A DNA stretch of 64,000 nucleotides, taken from positions 7,443 through 71,442 of the IMG/VR virus record IMGVR_UViG_3300008448_010404. One strand, given 5' to 3'. This document shows, one piece after another, positions 53,158 through 62,531 of the stretch (position 1 is its first letter; each line of letters starts with the position of its first letter). The position numbers were made by a program, and so were the translations under genes. The notes beneath the pieces are model-generated. The model ran no database searches. It had not been told where the DNA came from and worked only from the letters and a program-made list of their open reading frames with translations. This DNA is from a virus.

Positions 53158-54405
53158 ATGAAAATTTTTGTGCAAATTGCATCGTATAGAGACCCAGAAT
53201 TGGAAAACACAATCAAAAGTATGATTGAAAATGCTAAGAAACCTAATAATCTTAGAATAGGTATCTGTAGACAGTATCATCCCGAAGATGGTTTTGATAC
53301 TTTAAGTGAATACAGAAAAGATAAAAAATTTAGAATTTTAGATGTTTTATATTCAGATTCTAAAGGAGTTTGTTGGGCAAGAAATCAAGTTCAACAATTA
53401 TACGGTGGTGAAGAATATACTATGCAAATAGACTCACATATGAGATTTGAAAAAAATTGGGATGATGAGTTTATTAAAATGGTTAAACAATTACAAAAAA
53501 AAGGATTTAAAAAACCTTTATTAACAGGTTATGTATCATCTTTTAATCCGGAAAATGACCCTGAAGAAAGAGTTAGAGAACCTTGGAGAATGGTGTTTGA
53601 TAGATTCATACCTGAAGGTGCGGTATTCTTTTTACCTGAAACTATACCAGGTTGGGAAAATTTAAAAGAACCTGTACCATCAAGATTTTATTCCGCACAT
53701 TTCGCATTTACCGTTGGTAAATTTAGTACTGAAGTTCAACATGACCCTGAGTTTTATTTTCACGGGGAAGAGATTTCAATCGCGGCAAGAGCTTACACAC
53801 ATGGGTATGATTTATTTCACCCCCACAAACCATTAGTATGGCACGAATATACAAGAAAAGGTAGAACTAAACAATGGGATGACGATATCGAATGGGTTAA
53901 CAAAAATAATGTATCACATAAAAAGAATCGACAACTTTTTGGAATGGACGGTGAAATTGCCGAAGATGATTTTGGTATATATGGGTTTGGAACAGAAAGA
54001 GAATTATTGGACTATGAGATTTATTCAGGTTTAAGATTTTCAAAGAGAGCGGTTCAACAATACACTTTAGATAAACATTACCCACCAAACCCTACAATTT
54101 ACGGAACAGAACAAGAATGGGAAGAAAGTTTTGCATCTATTTTTAAACACTGTATAGATATTGGTTATGATTCAGTTCCTGAAACGGACTATGAATATTG
54201 GGTTGTTGCATTTCATGATGAAAATGATGAAACAATACACCGATTAGATGCTGACATACATGAAATTAATCGTATGAAAAATGACCCTGATGGGTATTGT
54301 AAAGTGTGGAGAGAATTTCAAACAACACATAAACCAAAATATTGGGTGGTATGGCCATTTTCAACATCAAAAGGATGGTGTGATAGAATAACAGGTGATT
54401 TATAA
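53158..54405 (+). CDS. GT60 (PF11397 GlcNAc) polypeptide alpha-GlcNAc-transferase-like glycosyltransferase
   Basis: IFVQIASYRD.E...TI, G.CWARN..Q.LY.GE.Y.MQIDSHMRF..NWD (DSH metal motif), F.GEEI..AARAYTHGYD. Confidence 0.85.
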   Translation: MKIFVQIASYRDPELENTIKSMIENAKKPNNLRIGICRQYHPEDGFDTLSEYRKDKKFRILDVLYSDSKGVCWARNQVQQLYGGEEYTMQIDSHMRFEKNWDDEFIKMVKQLQKKGFKKPLLTGYVSSFNPENDPEERVREPWRMVFDRFIPEGAVFFLPETIPGWENLKEPVPSRFYSAHFAFTVGKFSTEVQHDPEFYFHGEEISIAARAYTHGYDLFHPHKPLVWHEYTRKGRTKQWDDDIEWVNKNNVSHKKNRQLFGMDGEIAEDDFGIYGFGTERELLDYEIYSGLRFSKRAVQQYTLDKHYPPNPTIYGTEQEWEESFASIFKHCIDIGYDSVPETDYEYWVVAFHDENDETIHRLDADIHEINRMKNDPDGYCKVWREFQTTHKPKYWVVWPFSTSKGWCDRITGDL

Positions 54406-54408
54406 TAT

Positions 54409-54798
54409 ATGAATTTAAGATTAGTAACAAATAACTCAAAATATTACGAATTTATTCGTGAGTTGAGAAATCATACAGATAATCTCTCAGGATTTATTAT
54501 TCAAACAAATATCACAAAAGAAGACCAAATTAAATATATGGAAAAGTATGAAAAATTTTACTATATAGCGATTAATGAAAGTGAAATACCTGTTGGTTTT
54601 ATTGGTGTTGTTGATAATGATATTCGTGTTGCCGTACATCCTGATTTTAAAAATCAAGGTGTTGGTAAATTTATGGTTAATGAAATAATAAATAATTATC
54701 CTAACTCTATTGCTAAAATTAAAATAGATAACACGGCAAGCATTAAGTTATTTGAATCTTGTGGGTTTAAAACTAAATTTTTAATAATGTCAAAATGA
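54409..54798 (+). CDS. GNAT acetyltransferase (probable sugar N-acetyltransferase)
   Basis: VHPDFKNQGVG, N.ASIKLFESCGF; adjacent to the aminotransferase. Confidence 0.8.
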   Translation: MNLRLVTNNSKYYEFIRELRNHTDNLSGFIIQTNITKEDQIKYMEKYEKFYYIAINESEIPVGFIGVVDNDIRVAVHPDFKNQGVGKFMVNEIINNYPNSIAKIKIDNTASIKLFESCGFKTKFLIMSK

Positions 54799-55439
54799 AT
54801 TATAGAAGACCATTACATAATCCGTTTAAAGTTGTTCAACTTTTTGAGGAAGAAGTTGCTGATTATACAGGTGCTAAATATGCAGTATCAGTAGATAGTT
54901 GTACTAATGCGATTTTTTTATGTTGTAAATATTTAAATGTTAAACAAGTAACCATCCCATCAAAAACTTATCTATCAGTCCCACAATCAATTATACATTC
55001 GGGTGGTGAAGTAATCTTTGATAAAAGAGATGTAACTAATAATTGGGAAGGTATTTATCAGTTAAAACCTTATAACATATACGACTCAGCGAAAAGATTC
55101 ACTTCAAACATGTATATACCAGACACATTTATGTGTTTGTCATTTCATATTAAAAAACATTTAAAAATATCTAAAGGCGGTATGATTTTAACTGATAATT
55201 TAGATGCCGTTAAATGGTTTAAAAAAGCGAGATATGAAGGTCGTAGTGAAAAATTATATCATGAGGATGATATCGAAATGTTGGGGTGGAATATGTATAT
55301 GACACCCCAACAAGCATCTCATGGTTTATCATTAATGCAAAACATATCACCTAATAATCCTGACTTAATTGAGAATGACGGGTATCGTGATTTAACCGAA
55401 TTCACAATTTTTAAAAAACATAAAATAATATATGAATAA
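54795..55439 (+). CDS. Short DegT/DnrJ/EryC1/StrS sugar aminotransferase
   Basis: FEEEVADYTGAKYAVSVDSCTNA, YDSA, SFHIKKHL..GGMILTD, GWNMYM. Confidence 0.85.
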   Translation: MNYRRPLHNPFKVVQLFEEEVADYTGAKYAVSVDSCTNAIFLCCKYLNVKQVTIPSKTYLSVPQSIIHSGGEVIFDKRDVTNNWEGIYQLKPYNIYDSAKRFTSNMYIPDTFMCLSFHIKKHLKISKGGMILTDNLDAVKWFKKARYEGRSEKLYHEDDIEMLGWNMYMTPQQASHGLSLMQNISPNNPDLIENDGYRDLTEFTIFKKHKIIYE

Positions 55440-58400
55440 AATTTGTTTTGTATTAGATTGTCATTATTCTAATTATACTAACCGACTAAAAACCACATCA
55501 TTAAAAAATTTTATTGATTTAAAACTTAATGAGTATGGGGTTCATTTTTTGATATCAACAAATCAACCTGAAGATTTTAAAGATTTTGAATCGGAATATA
55601 TCAAAATTTTTGATATAAATGAATTACGTAAAGATAATGATGTCTCTTTAACCTATGAATTATTACCTGATGACCCTACAGGTATTTATCCTTCAAGATT
55701 CCCTTGGAATATCGAAAGGTTTATCTTGAAAAAAGCTGGTGAGTTAGGGTTTAATATCGTGATTAATTTAGATTCTGACGTTATAATAGATGAACGTTTT
55801 ACTTCAGAATATATTATCCAACACATTGAAAACTCATTTGTTGAAAACACGGTTATGACTAATCAAGCGTTATTTTCATATGAAGAAAATTCAACTAACG
55901 AAATCTTTAACTTACATAATAGATACATTGAACATTTCAATTTAGATTTTAAAACTGAGGAGTATAATAGTCTAGACGGTCCTGTTGTAATTTACATGGG
56001 AAAAACATCAGATGATATATTAAGATACGCCGAAAATTGGGATATGTTAACTTCATTTGGTTACACTAAACCTTTAGGTTTTGGTTATGAAAATATTGTT
56101 TGTGGTAATTGGTCATTATGTATTCCTATGTCAAATTTTAAATTAAAATGGCATGATTTTCCATTAACCCCACACCATAAATTTGAAGATAGATATGATA
56201 TGTCAAAAGTTAATACACCTATTAGTGAATCAAAAACAAGTGATATTAATGAACCTAATATAATTTATGTTAATGATAATGTAACAAATGACATAAAAGA
56301 AAAAATAAACGATACTTTGGGTTCAATTTTTGAAAAATACTCATCAGAAACCCATGGTGGTGATTTTTCTAATTTATTAAATGACGTTGTAACATTAATT
56401 AATAACAAAATAACAAATGAAACTAAAGTAATTAATAATAACATTACATTAGATTCTTTATTTGAAAAGTATTCTTGTTCAAAATTAGAACATGGTTTTT
56501 CTAAAATATTTGAACCTTATTTAAATCAATTAAAAAATAGTAATCCGTCAATACTAGAAATTGGAATTGGTACAATAACTGACATACCGTTACCTGAAAT
56601 GACCCACGTACCAGCAAACATGAGAGGGTGGAAAGAAAATAACCCTAATTATTTACCCGGAAATTCGTTGAGGGCTTTTAGGGATTATTTAAATACAGGT
56701 GTTATTTATGGTATTGATAATCAACCTGACTGTCTTTTAAATGAAGACAGAATAGAAACACATATTTTTGATTCAAGAAGTAAAAAACACTCTAAAAATT
56801 TTATTAAAGATAAAAGTTTTGATTTAATCATTGACGACGGTGATTTAGACCCAAATATAAGAATTATTAATTTTAATAATTATTTTGAATCGTTAAAAGA
56901 TGATGGTTATTATGTGATACTAGGTTTATTAGGTGAACATTTTTTAAAAACATATTTTACTGAACTTGATATACCATTTATTATTAAAGATAATAACATT
57001 ATTTTAAATAAAAAAAACGATTTTAATGTGTTTAACATTACACCTAATATGATAGCCACAAAACCAGCTACGGTTGTCGAAATAAATAACAAAGTTATTG
57101 ATTATTCGGAAGATATTAAATCGACTCCGATGTTTTCAATAAACGATAATATATTTGCAGAAAAAGGGTTTTATATTAATTTAGATACTAGTGTTAATCG
57201 AAAGGAAAATGTTGAGTCTCAAATAGAGAAATATAACATTAAAGGACTATTAAGATTTGACGCTTTGAGAGATTCTATGATACAATATTCATGTACTAAA
57301 AGTCATCTTTCTGTATTTCAAACGTGTTTAGATAATAATATTGAATCTGTTTTTGTGGCTGAAGACGATTTTCAGATTGAAGAAAATCTTTATTTACCTA
57401 ATGAAAGTAATATCCCATCGTTCAATGATAAAATTAAGGAAGTTAAAAACGATTTAGATAACTTAGAATGGGATGTGTTTTTATTTGGTTGTAATCCAAA
57501 AACTCATATTGTTCCATTAACAAATAATGTTGGTATTATTAATAAAAGTACAGGTGCATGGGCTTATATAATTAAAAAACGTGCTTATGAATATTTAATG
57601 AAAAATTTAAATTACAAACGTGATTATATAGCAATTGATGATTATCTACCTTTATTAAACGACAATGGATTTATAACTTTAACTTCATTACCAATGACTA
57701 TTGGTCATGCAATTGGTTTTGAATCAACATTACAACCAAGAGGACCTGTAAACTACACCGAATGGATTAGAGGTTCATACCATAGATTTTTATTTGATAA
57801 CTACCCAAATAATAATTTCACAACCACAAAAATAGAAAAATCCTTAACAATATTTATACCCGGATTTTTTTGTGATGAATATATGAAATATTTAAGATAC
57901 GCGTTAAAAAGTATTCCAAAAGAATTAAGACAATGTAAATTTATAATAAGATTTGATACACCGACAAAAAATTATGATTTAACAAAATTTATGGGTTTAC
58001 AAGCTTATTTTAAAGATGTTAGAAATGATTTAAATGTTAATTTAACTTATGGGTTTGGAGGTCTTATTTCAAGTTTTGATTATTTTTTAAAACAGGTTAA
58101 AACACCTTATTTTATGATGTTCGAGTTTGATTATGTGTTCTTAAATAACGAAGAAATAAACTTTAACGGTATTATTGATTCTTTTAATAAATATAACTTT
58201 ATTAACTCCATTTATTTAAATGGTGATGATAATAGTCTTAGAGGATTCGATATTAACCCCGATTTAAATGGTAATGAAACCCCTTTTGAATTAGAACAAA
58301 GGGTAAGTGAGATTAATTTAATTACCACGACAAGATGGTCAAATAGACCTGGAATCCATAGAGTTTCAAAAATGAAAGAATGGTTTGATAAATACATATG

Positions 58401-58662
58401 GAATGAACAAATTGGGGTTGTCCACCAAAGTTGTTATGGTGTTGAGGATTCAATGATACCAGCTTATCGTAAAATAATAAGCCAAAATAATTGGACCGAC
58501 ATTAAAGATGATTGGGGAACTTACATATATGGTAATTTTAATGAGGGTCCGTTTATCGCTCATACAGATTCATCAAGAAGATACCAAGGTGATATTAAAA
58601 CAATACTAGAAATTAACGCAGAGAAATACATGGAAGAAAATCCATTAAATGATAATGATTAA
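55432..58662 (+). CDS. Multidomain glycan enzyme: GT-A, methyltransferase-like, GT25, GT-A
   Basis: INLDSDV; ILEIGIG..SLRAFRDY..YGID..FDLIIDDG; FYINLD....RK..CTKSH..AEDD..WDVFLFG; FEFDYVF..WSNRP. Confidence 0.75.
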   Translation: MNKICFVLDCHYSNYTNRLKTTSLKNFIDLKLNEYGVHFLISTNQPEDFKDFESEYIKIFDINELRKDNDVSLTYELLPDDPTGIYPSRFPWNIERFILKKAGELGFNIVINLDSDVIIDERFTSEYIIQHIENSFVENTVMTNQALFSYEENSTNEIFNLHNRYIEHFNLDFKTEEYNSLDGPVVIYMGKTSDDILRYAENWDMLTSFGYTKPLGFGYENIVCGNWSLCIPMSNFKLKWHDFPLTPHHKFEDRYDMSKVNTPISESKTSDINEPNIIYVNDNVTNDIKEKINDTLGSIFEKYSSETHGGDFSNLLNDVVTLINNKITNETKVINNNITLDSLFEKYSCSKLEHGFSKIFEPYLNQLKNSNPSILEIGIGTITDIPLPEMTHVPANMRGWKENNPNYLPGNSLRAFRDYLNTGVIYGIDNQPDCLLNEDRIETHIFDSRSKKHSKNFIKDKSFDLIIDDGDLDPNIRIINFNNYFESLKDDGYYVILGLLGEHFLKTYFTELDIPFIIKDNNIILNKKNDFNVFNITPNMIATKPATVVEINNKVIDYSEDIKSTPMFSINDNIFAEKGFYINLDTSVNRKENVESQIEKYNIKGLLRFDALRDSMIQYSCTKSHLSVFQTCLDNNIESVFVAEDDFQIEENLYLPNESNIPSFNDKIKEVKNDLDNLEWDVFLFGCNPKTHIVPLTNNVGIINKSTGAWAYIIKKRAYEYLMKNLNYKRDYIAIDDYLPLLNDNGFITLTSLPMTIGHAIGFESTLQPRGPVNYTEWIRGSYHRFLFDNYPNNNFTTTKIEKSLTIFIPGFFCDEYMKYLRYALKSIPKELRQCKFIIRFDTPTKNYDLTKFMGLQAYFKDVRNDLNVNLTYGFGGLISSFDYFLKQVKTPYFMMFEFDYVFLNNEEINFNGIIDSFNKYNFINSIYLNGDDNSLRGFDINPDLNGNETPFELEQRVSEINLITTTRWSNRPGIHRVSKMKEWFDKYIWNEQIGVVHQSCYGVEDSMIPAYRKIISQNNWTDIKDDWGTYIYGNFNEGPFIAHTDSSRRYQGDIKTILEINAEKYMEENPLNDND

Positions 58663-58667
58663 CAATA

Positions 58668-59414
58668 ATGAATAAACGTTCTAAATTTAAATATAAAAGA
58701 TTTGTTATTGCCGATGCAGGATTTGTTATCAATTTACCTAAAAGAACCGACCGAAAAGAACAAGTTACTAAAACTTTAAAAGATTTAAAATTTAGTGGAT
58801 GGGAATTTTTTGAAGGTATTACAGAATCAGACCCTTTTTGGCATAAATATGGTTGTACTCAAAGTTTTATAAAAATTTTTGAAAAATCAATTAAAGAAAA
58901 TTATAAATCAATTGTTATTTTTGAAGATGACATTAGGTTAGCATCTTCATGTAATGTTCAAGATATTGATAACATTTTTCGTAATTGGCGTAAAGAATCT
59001 AAAAAATATGATTTAATTGGTTTGGGTACAAGACCTTTAGATGATGCCAAAGTTTTAAGAGAATCTGAAAATTTCGGTAAAATCACTAATTGTGTCTGTG
59101 CTCACGCTTGGTATTATACGTTAGATTTTATGAAATATGCTGTCGAAGAATTAAAAGATATTAAAAATCCTGAAGACAAAAATTATAGAACAATTATTGA
59201 TGAATTTATAAATGATAGTTGTTCAACGGAATATAGATGGAAAACCCATAATAAAATTTTTAGAGCCGGAGTAACAATACCTTTAATGTTTGTCCAATCA
59301 CCAGGTTTTTCTGATAACGAAAATGGTTATTTTGATTACACAGGTTTTATTGAGGATTTGTATTATATGGCACTACGTAGAGGTGATGAAATAATAAAAA
59401 ATAAATTAAATTAA
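58668..59414 (+). CDS. GT25 glycosyltransferase
   Basis: FVINLPKRTDRK, GCTQS, IFEDD, QSPGFSD. Confidence 0.85.
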   Translation: MNKRSKFKYKRFVIADAGFVINLPKRTDRKEQVTKTLKDLKFSGWEFFEGITESDPFWHKYGCTQSFIKIFEKSIKENYKSIVIFEDDIRLASSCNVQDIDNIFRNWRKESKKYDLIGLGTRPLDDAKVLRESENFGKITNCVCAHAWYYTLDFMKYAVEELKDIKNPEDKNYRTIIDEFINDSCSTEYRWKTHNKIFRAGVTIPLMFVQSPGFSDNENGYFDYTGFIEDLYYMALRRGDEIIKNKLN

Positions 59415-59416
59415 AT

Positions 59417-61813
59417 ATGTTAGAAACAATTTTAAATTTTACTAATAGTAAATTAGACCACGGAATGAATACTCCGGAACAAGTTAATAGTTTAGTAACT
59501 AAGTTATATTCATTAATCGAAAATAATGTTGAGGGTGATGTTGTTGAATTAGGTTGTTATGTGGGTGAATCATCAAAATACTTAATGAAAACATTAGTTG
59601 AGACCAATAGTCGAAAAAATCTATTTGTATATGATTCATTTGAAGGATTACCTGATTTATCCAAATGGGAAGAAAATACAGGTTGGAGACCAAGAACTTT
59701 AAACACAACTGAAGAAATACTTATTAGTAATTTTAGAGAAAATAATTTACCATTACCTATTATACATAAAGATTGGTTTAAAAATATACCTGAATATAAA
59801 ATACCTGATAAAATATGTTTCGCATTTTTAGATGGTGATTTTTATGATTCAATATATGATAGTTTAACAAAAATCTACGATAAAGTTGTTGATGGGGGTG
59901 TTATATTCTTTCATGATTATTTAAGACCTGATTTACCTGGTGTTGACGCGGCGATTAGAGATTTCTTAAACACAAAAAATTTACCATACACAGTAACTGA
60001 AGCATGTAATCAATTAGGTATGTTAATTAAATCAAACAATCCAATAACACCCGAACATTTAGAAGAAAAAAAAAATGAAATAATAGAACCAATATTAAAC
60101 AAGTCAAATAGTAAAGTAACAATTGTTACGGGTCTTTGGGATATTGGTCGTGATAAATTAACAAATGATTGGTCTCGTAGTTTTGATTATTATTTAGAAA
60201 AATTTGATGAGTTATTAAAAATTGAAAACAATTTAATTATTTTTGGTGACGAACAGTTACAAAAATTTGTAATGAGTCGTAGAGATTCATCTAACACTCA
60301 ATTTATTTTACGTAGTACTGATTGGTTTAAAAATAATGATTATTATGAATTAATTCAAAAGATTCGTTTAAAACCTGATTGGTATGAACAAGTTGGTTGG
60401 TTAAAAGATTCAACACAATCCAAATTAGAACTTTATAATCCATTAGTTATGAGTAAAATGTTTTTACTTAATGATGCTAGAATAATGGACAAGTTTGAAT
60501 CCGATTATTTGTTTTGGCTTGATGCTGGTATATCAAATACTGTTCATCCGGGTTATTTTACTCACGATAAAGTTATTAATAAATTACCAAATTACGTTAA
60601 AGATTTTTTATTTGTAGCATTCCCTTATGATGCTGAGAACGAAATTCACGGATTTAAATATGAAGCAATTAATAGATATTCAGGGAATAATGTGAAATTA
60701 GTAGGTAGAGGTGGTTTTTTTGGTGGACATAAAGATACTATCCAAGAGGTTAATTCAATTTATTATTCATTACTAATTGAAACTTTATCTAAAGGTTTTA
60801 TGGGGACAGAAGAAAGTATTTTTTCGATACTAATTTACCGTCATTCTAATTTAACTAGTTATTTCGAACTTGAATCAACGGGTCTAATTAATAAGTTTTT
60901 TGAAGAATTAAAAAACGATAATGTTGTTATCAATAAAATTTCAAATAATGTTGTTGAACTTTCTAATTCATCATATGATAATAATACAATAACAAATACC
61001 CCATCAGAAAATGTTGGTGTTTATGTAATAGGTTTTAATAGTCCTAAACAATTTGAAACTCTAATTACATCAATGTTAGAATATGATAAAAATTTCATCG
61101 AAAAACCTAGAAAAATTTTGTTAGATAACTCAACGGATTTATCAACGACACCAAAATATAGTGAACTATGTTCTAAATACGGTTTTGAACATATTAAAAA
61201 GGATAATTTAGGGATTTGTGGTGGTAGACAATGGATTGCAGAACATTTTGATAAATCAAATTTAGAATACATGTATTTTTTTGAGGATGACATGTTTTTC
61301 TACCCTAAAAAAGGTGAAGTATGTAGAAACGGATTTAATCGTATGGTTGATGATTTATACTACAAAAGTATTAATATAGCGAAGATTGAAAATTTTGATT
61401 ATTTAAAACTTAATTTTAGTGAGTTTTTTGGGGATAATTCAACACAATGGTCGTGGTATAATGTACCACAAGTAGTTAGAGATGAATTTTGGCCCGAATA
61501 TTCTAAATTACCTGAACAAGGAACTGACCCTAACGCACCTAGAGTTAAATATGATAGTGTTAAAATACACGAAGGTGTTCCATATGTAACAGGTGAGATT
61601 TATTATTGTAATTGGCCACAATTAGTTTCTAAATCAGGTAGTAGAAAAATGTTTTTAAACACTACTTGGGCACACCCATATGAACAGACTTGGATGAGTT
61701 TTATGTTTCAAGAAGTGAAAAAAAATAATTTAAATTTTGGATTACTTTTACTCACACCGACGGAACACGATAGATTTGACCATTATAGTAGAGAATTAAG
61801 GAAAGAAAGTTAA
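59417..61813 (+). CDS. Fusion: TylF/MycF sugar O-methyltransferase, HtrL/YibB-like domain, GT-A domain
   Basis: GDVVELGC..G.S, YDSFEGLP, FAFLDGDFYDS, HDY..LPGV; VTIVTGLWDIGR, SKMFLL, FWLDAG, GTEES; NLGICGGRQ..FFEDDM. Confidence 0.8.
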   Translation: MLETILNFTNSKLDHGMNTPEQVNSLVTKLYSLIENNVEGDVVELGCYVGESSKYLMKTLVETNSRKNLFVYDSFEGLPDLSKWEENTGWRPRTLNTTEEILISNFRENNLPLPIIHKDWFKNIPEYKIPDKICFAFLDGDFYDSIYDSLTKIYDKVVDGGVIFFHDYLRPDLPGVDAAIRDFLNTKNLPYTVTEACNQLGMLIKSNNPITPEHLEEKKNEIIEPILNKSNSKVTIVTGLWDIGRDKLTNDWSRSFDYYLEKFDELLKIENNLIIFGDEQLQKFVMSRRDSSNTQFILRSTDWFKNNDYYELIQKIRLKPDWYEQVGWLKDSTQSKLELYNPLVMSKMFLLNDARIMDKFESDYLFWLDAGISNTVHPGYFTHDKVINKLPNYVKDFLFVAFPYDAENEIHGFKYEAINRYSGNNVKLVGRGGFFGGHKDTIQEVNSIYYSLLIETLSKGFMGTEESIFSILIYRHSNLTSYFELESTGLINKFFEELKNDNVVINKISNNVVELSNSSYDNNTITNTPSENVGVYVIGFNSPKQFETLITSMLEYDKNFIEKPRKILLDNSTDLSTTPKYSELCSKYGFEHIKKDNLGICGGRQWIAEHFDKSNLEYMYFFEDDMFFYPKKGEVCRNGFNRMVDDLYYKSINIAKIENFDYLKLNFSEFFGDNSTQWSWYNVPQVVRDEFWPEYSKLPEQGTDPNAPRVKYDSVKIHEGVPYVTGEIYYCNWPQLVSKSGSRKMFLNTTWAHPYEQTWMSFMFQEVKKNNLNFGLLLLTPTEHDRFDHYSRELRKES

Positions 61814-61843
61814 AAGAGGTTGTAAAACCTCTTTTGTTTTTTT
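61812..61843 (+). terminator. Rho-independent terminator closing the second glycan operon
   Basis: AAAAGAGGTT-GTAA-AACCTCTTTT followed by a T-run. Confidence 0.88.
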
Positions 61844-61853
61844 AATATCAAAC

Positions 61854-61860
61854 TATTTAT
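61854..61860 (+). promoter_or_regulatory. TATTTAT putative late promoter
   Basis: After the terminator, 15 nt before ATG 61876. Confidence 0.6.
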
Positions 61861-61875
61861 AATTAAAAATAGTAG

Positions 61876-62502
61876 ATGGATTTTTTTATTAAAAAAAATG
61901 CAACATTACCTTTATTAAAATTACAAGTAGTTAATAACGGAAGAAGTGATTTTGACAATTTTATGAAAACAATAGAATTGTCAGCTATCTTTTTTTCTAT
62001 GGTGGATGTTGAAACAGGTATTGCTAAAGTTACGTCAAAACCAGCAGGTTTTGTTGAGAAAACATTCACTGACCCAAATTCAGAACCTGAGTATTATATA
62101 TATTACCAATTAACTTCAACCGACACTAATCGTGTTGGTAAATTTGAAGCTCAATTCTTATTACGAAATGATGAGGGTGTTTTAATATTACCAATACGAG
62201 AAAAATTAACAGTTTATGTTCAAGATTCATTTATCGCCAACGATTTAGATTATGAAAGTTGTTACGTATCTGAGTTTCCATGTTGTGTTAACGGACCATA
62301 TATTACAACAACAACAACCTCATACCCTTGTTCAACACCAACACTAACACCAACAAGTTCACCTACACCAACACCGACACCTACACCAACACAAACACCA
62401 TCACCAACACCACCATCACAACCACAACCTGAACAAAATCCGATATTAATTGGTGAAGATAGTTATTTATCTATAGGTGATAATGAATATCTAAGTTTTT
62501 AA
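61876..62502 (+). CDS. BppU-N-like baseplate/fibre adaptor with a Thr/Pro tail
   Basis: FFIKKNATLP.L......Y.L...DT...G.FEAQF......LILP, then TTTTT/PTPT tract. Confidence 0.6.
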   Translation: MDFFIKKNATLPLLKLQVVNNGRSDFDNFMKTIELSAIFFSMVDVETGIAKVTSKPAGFVEKTFTDPNSEPEYYIYYQLTSTDTNRVGKFEAQFLLRNDEGVLILPIREKLTVYVQDSFIANDLDYESCYVSEFPCCVNGPYITTTTTSYPCSTPTLTPTSSPTPTPTPTPTQTPSPTPPSQPQPEQNPILIGEDSYLSIGDNEYLSF

Positions 62503-62510
62503 AAAAATAA

Positions 62511-62517
62511 TATTTAT
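62511..62517 (+). promoter_or_regulatory. TATTTAT putative late promoter
   Basis: 14 nt before ATG 62532. Confidence 0.55.
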
Positions 62518-62531
62518 ATAAAAAAAATAAA

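Noticed and set aside
13378-61813. Eukaryotic giant virus, or bacterial O-antigen/capsule locus
   Set aside because: T4-like gp21/gp23/gp5/gp55 genes, bacterial terminators and coupled operons indicate a tailed phage; no wzx, wzy, ABC or initiating phosphoglycosyl transferase.
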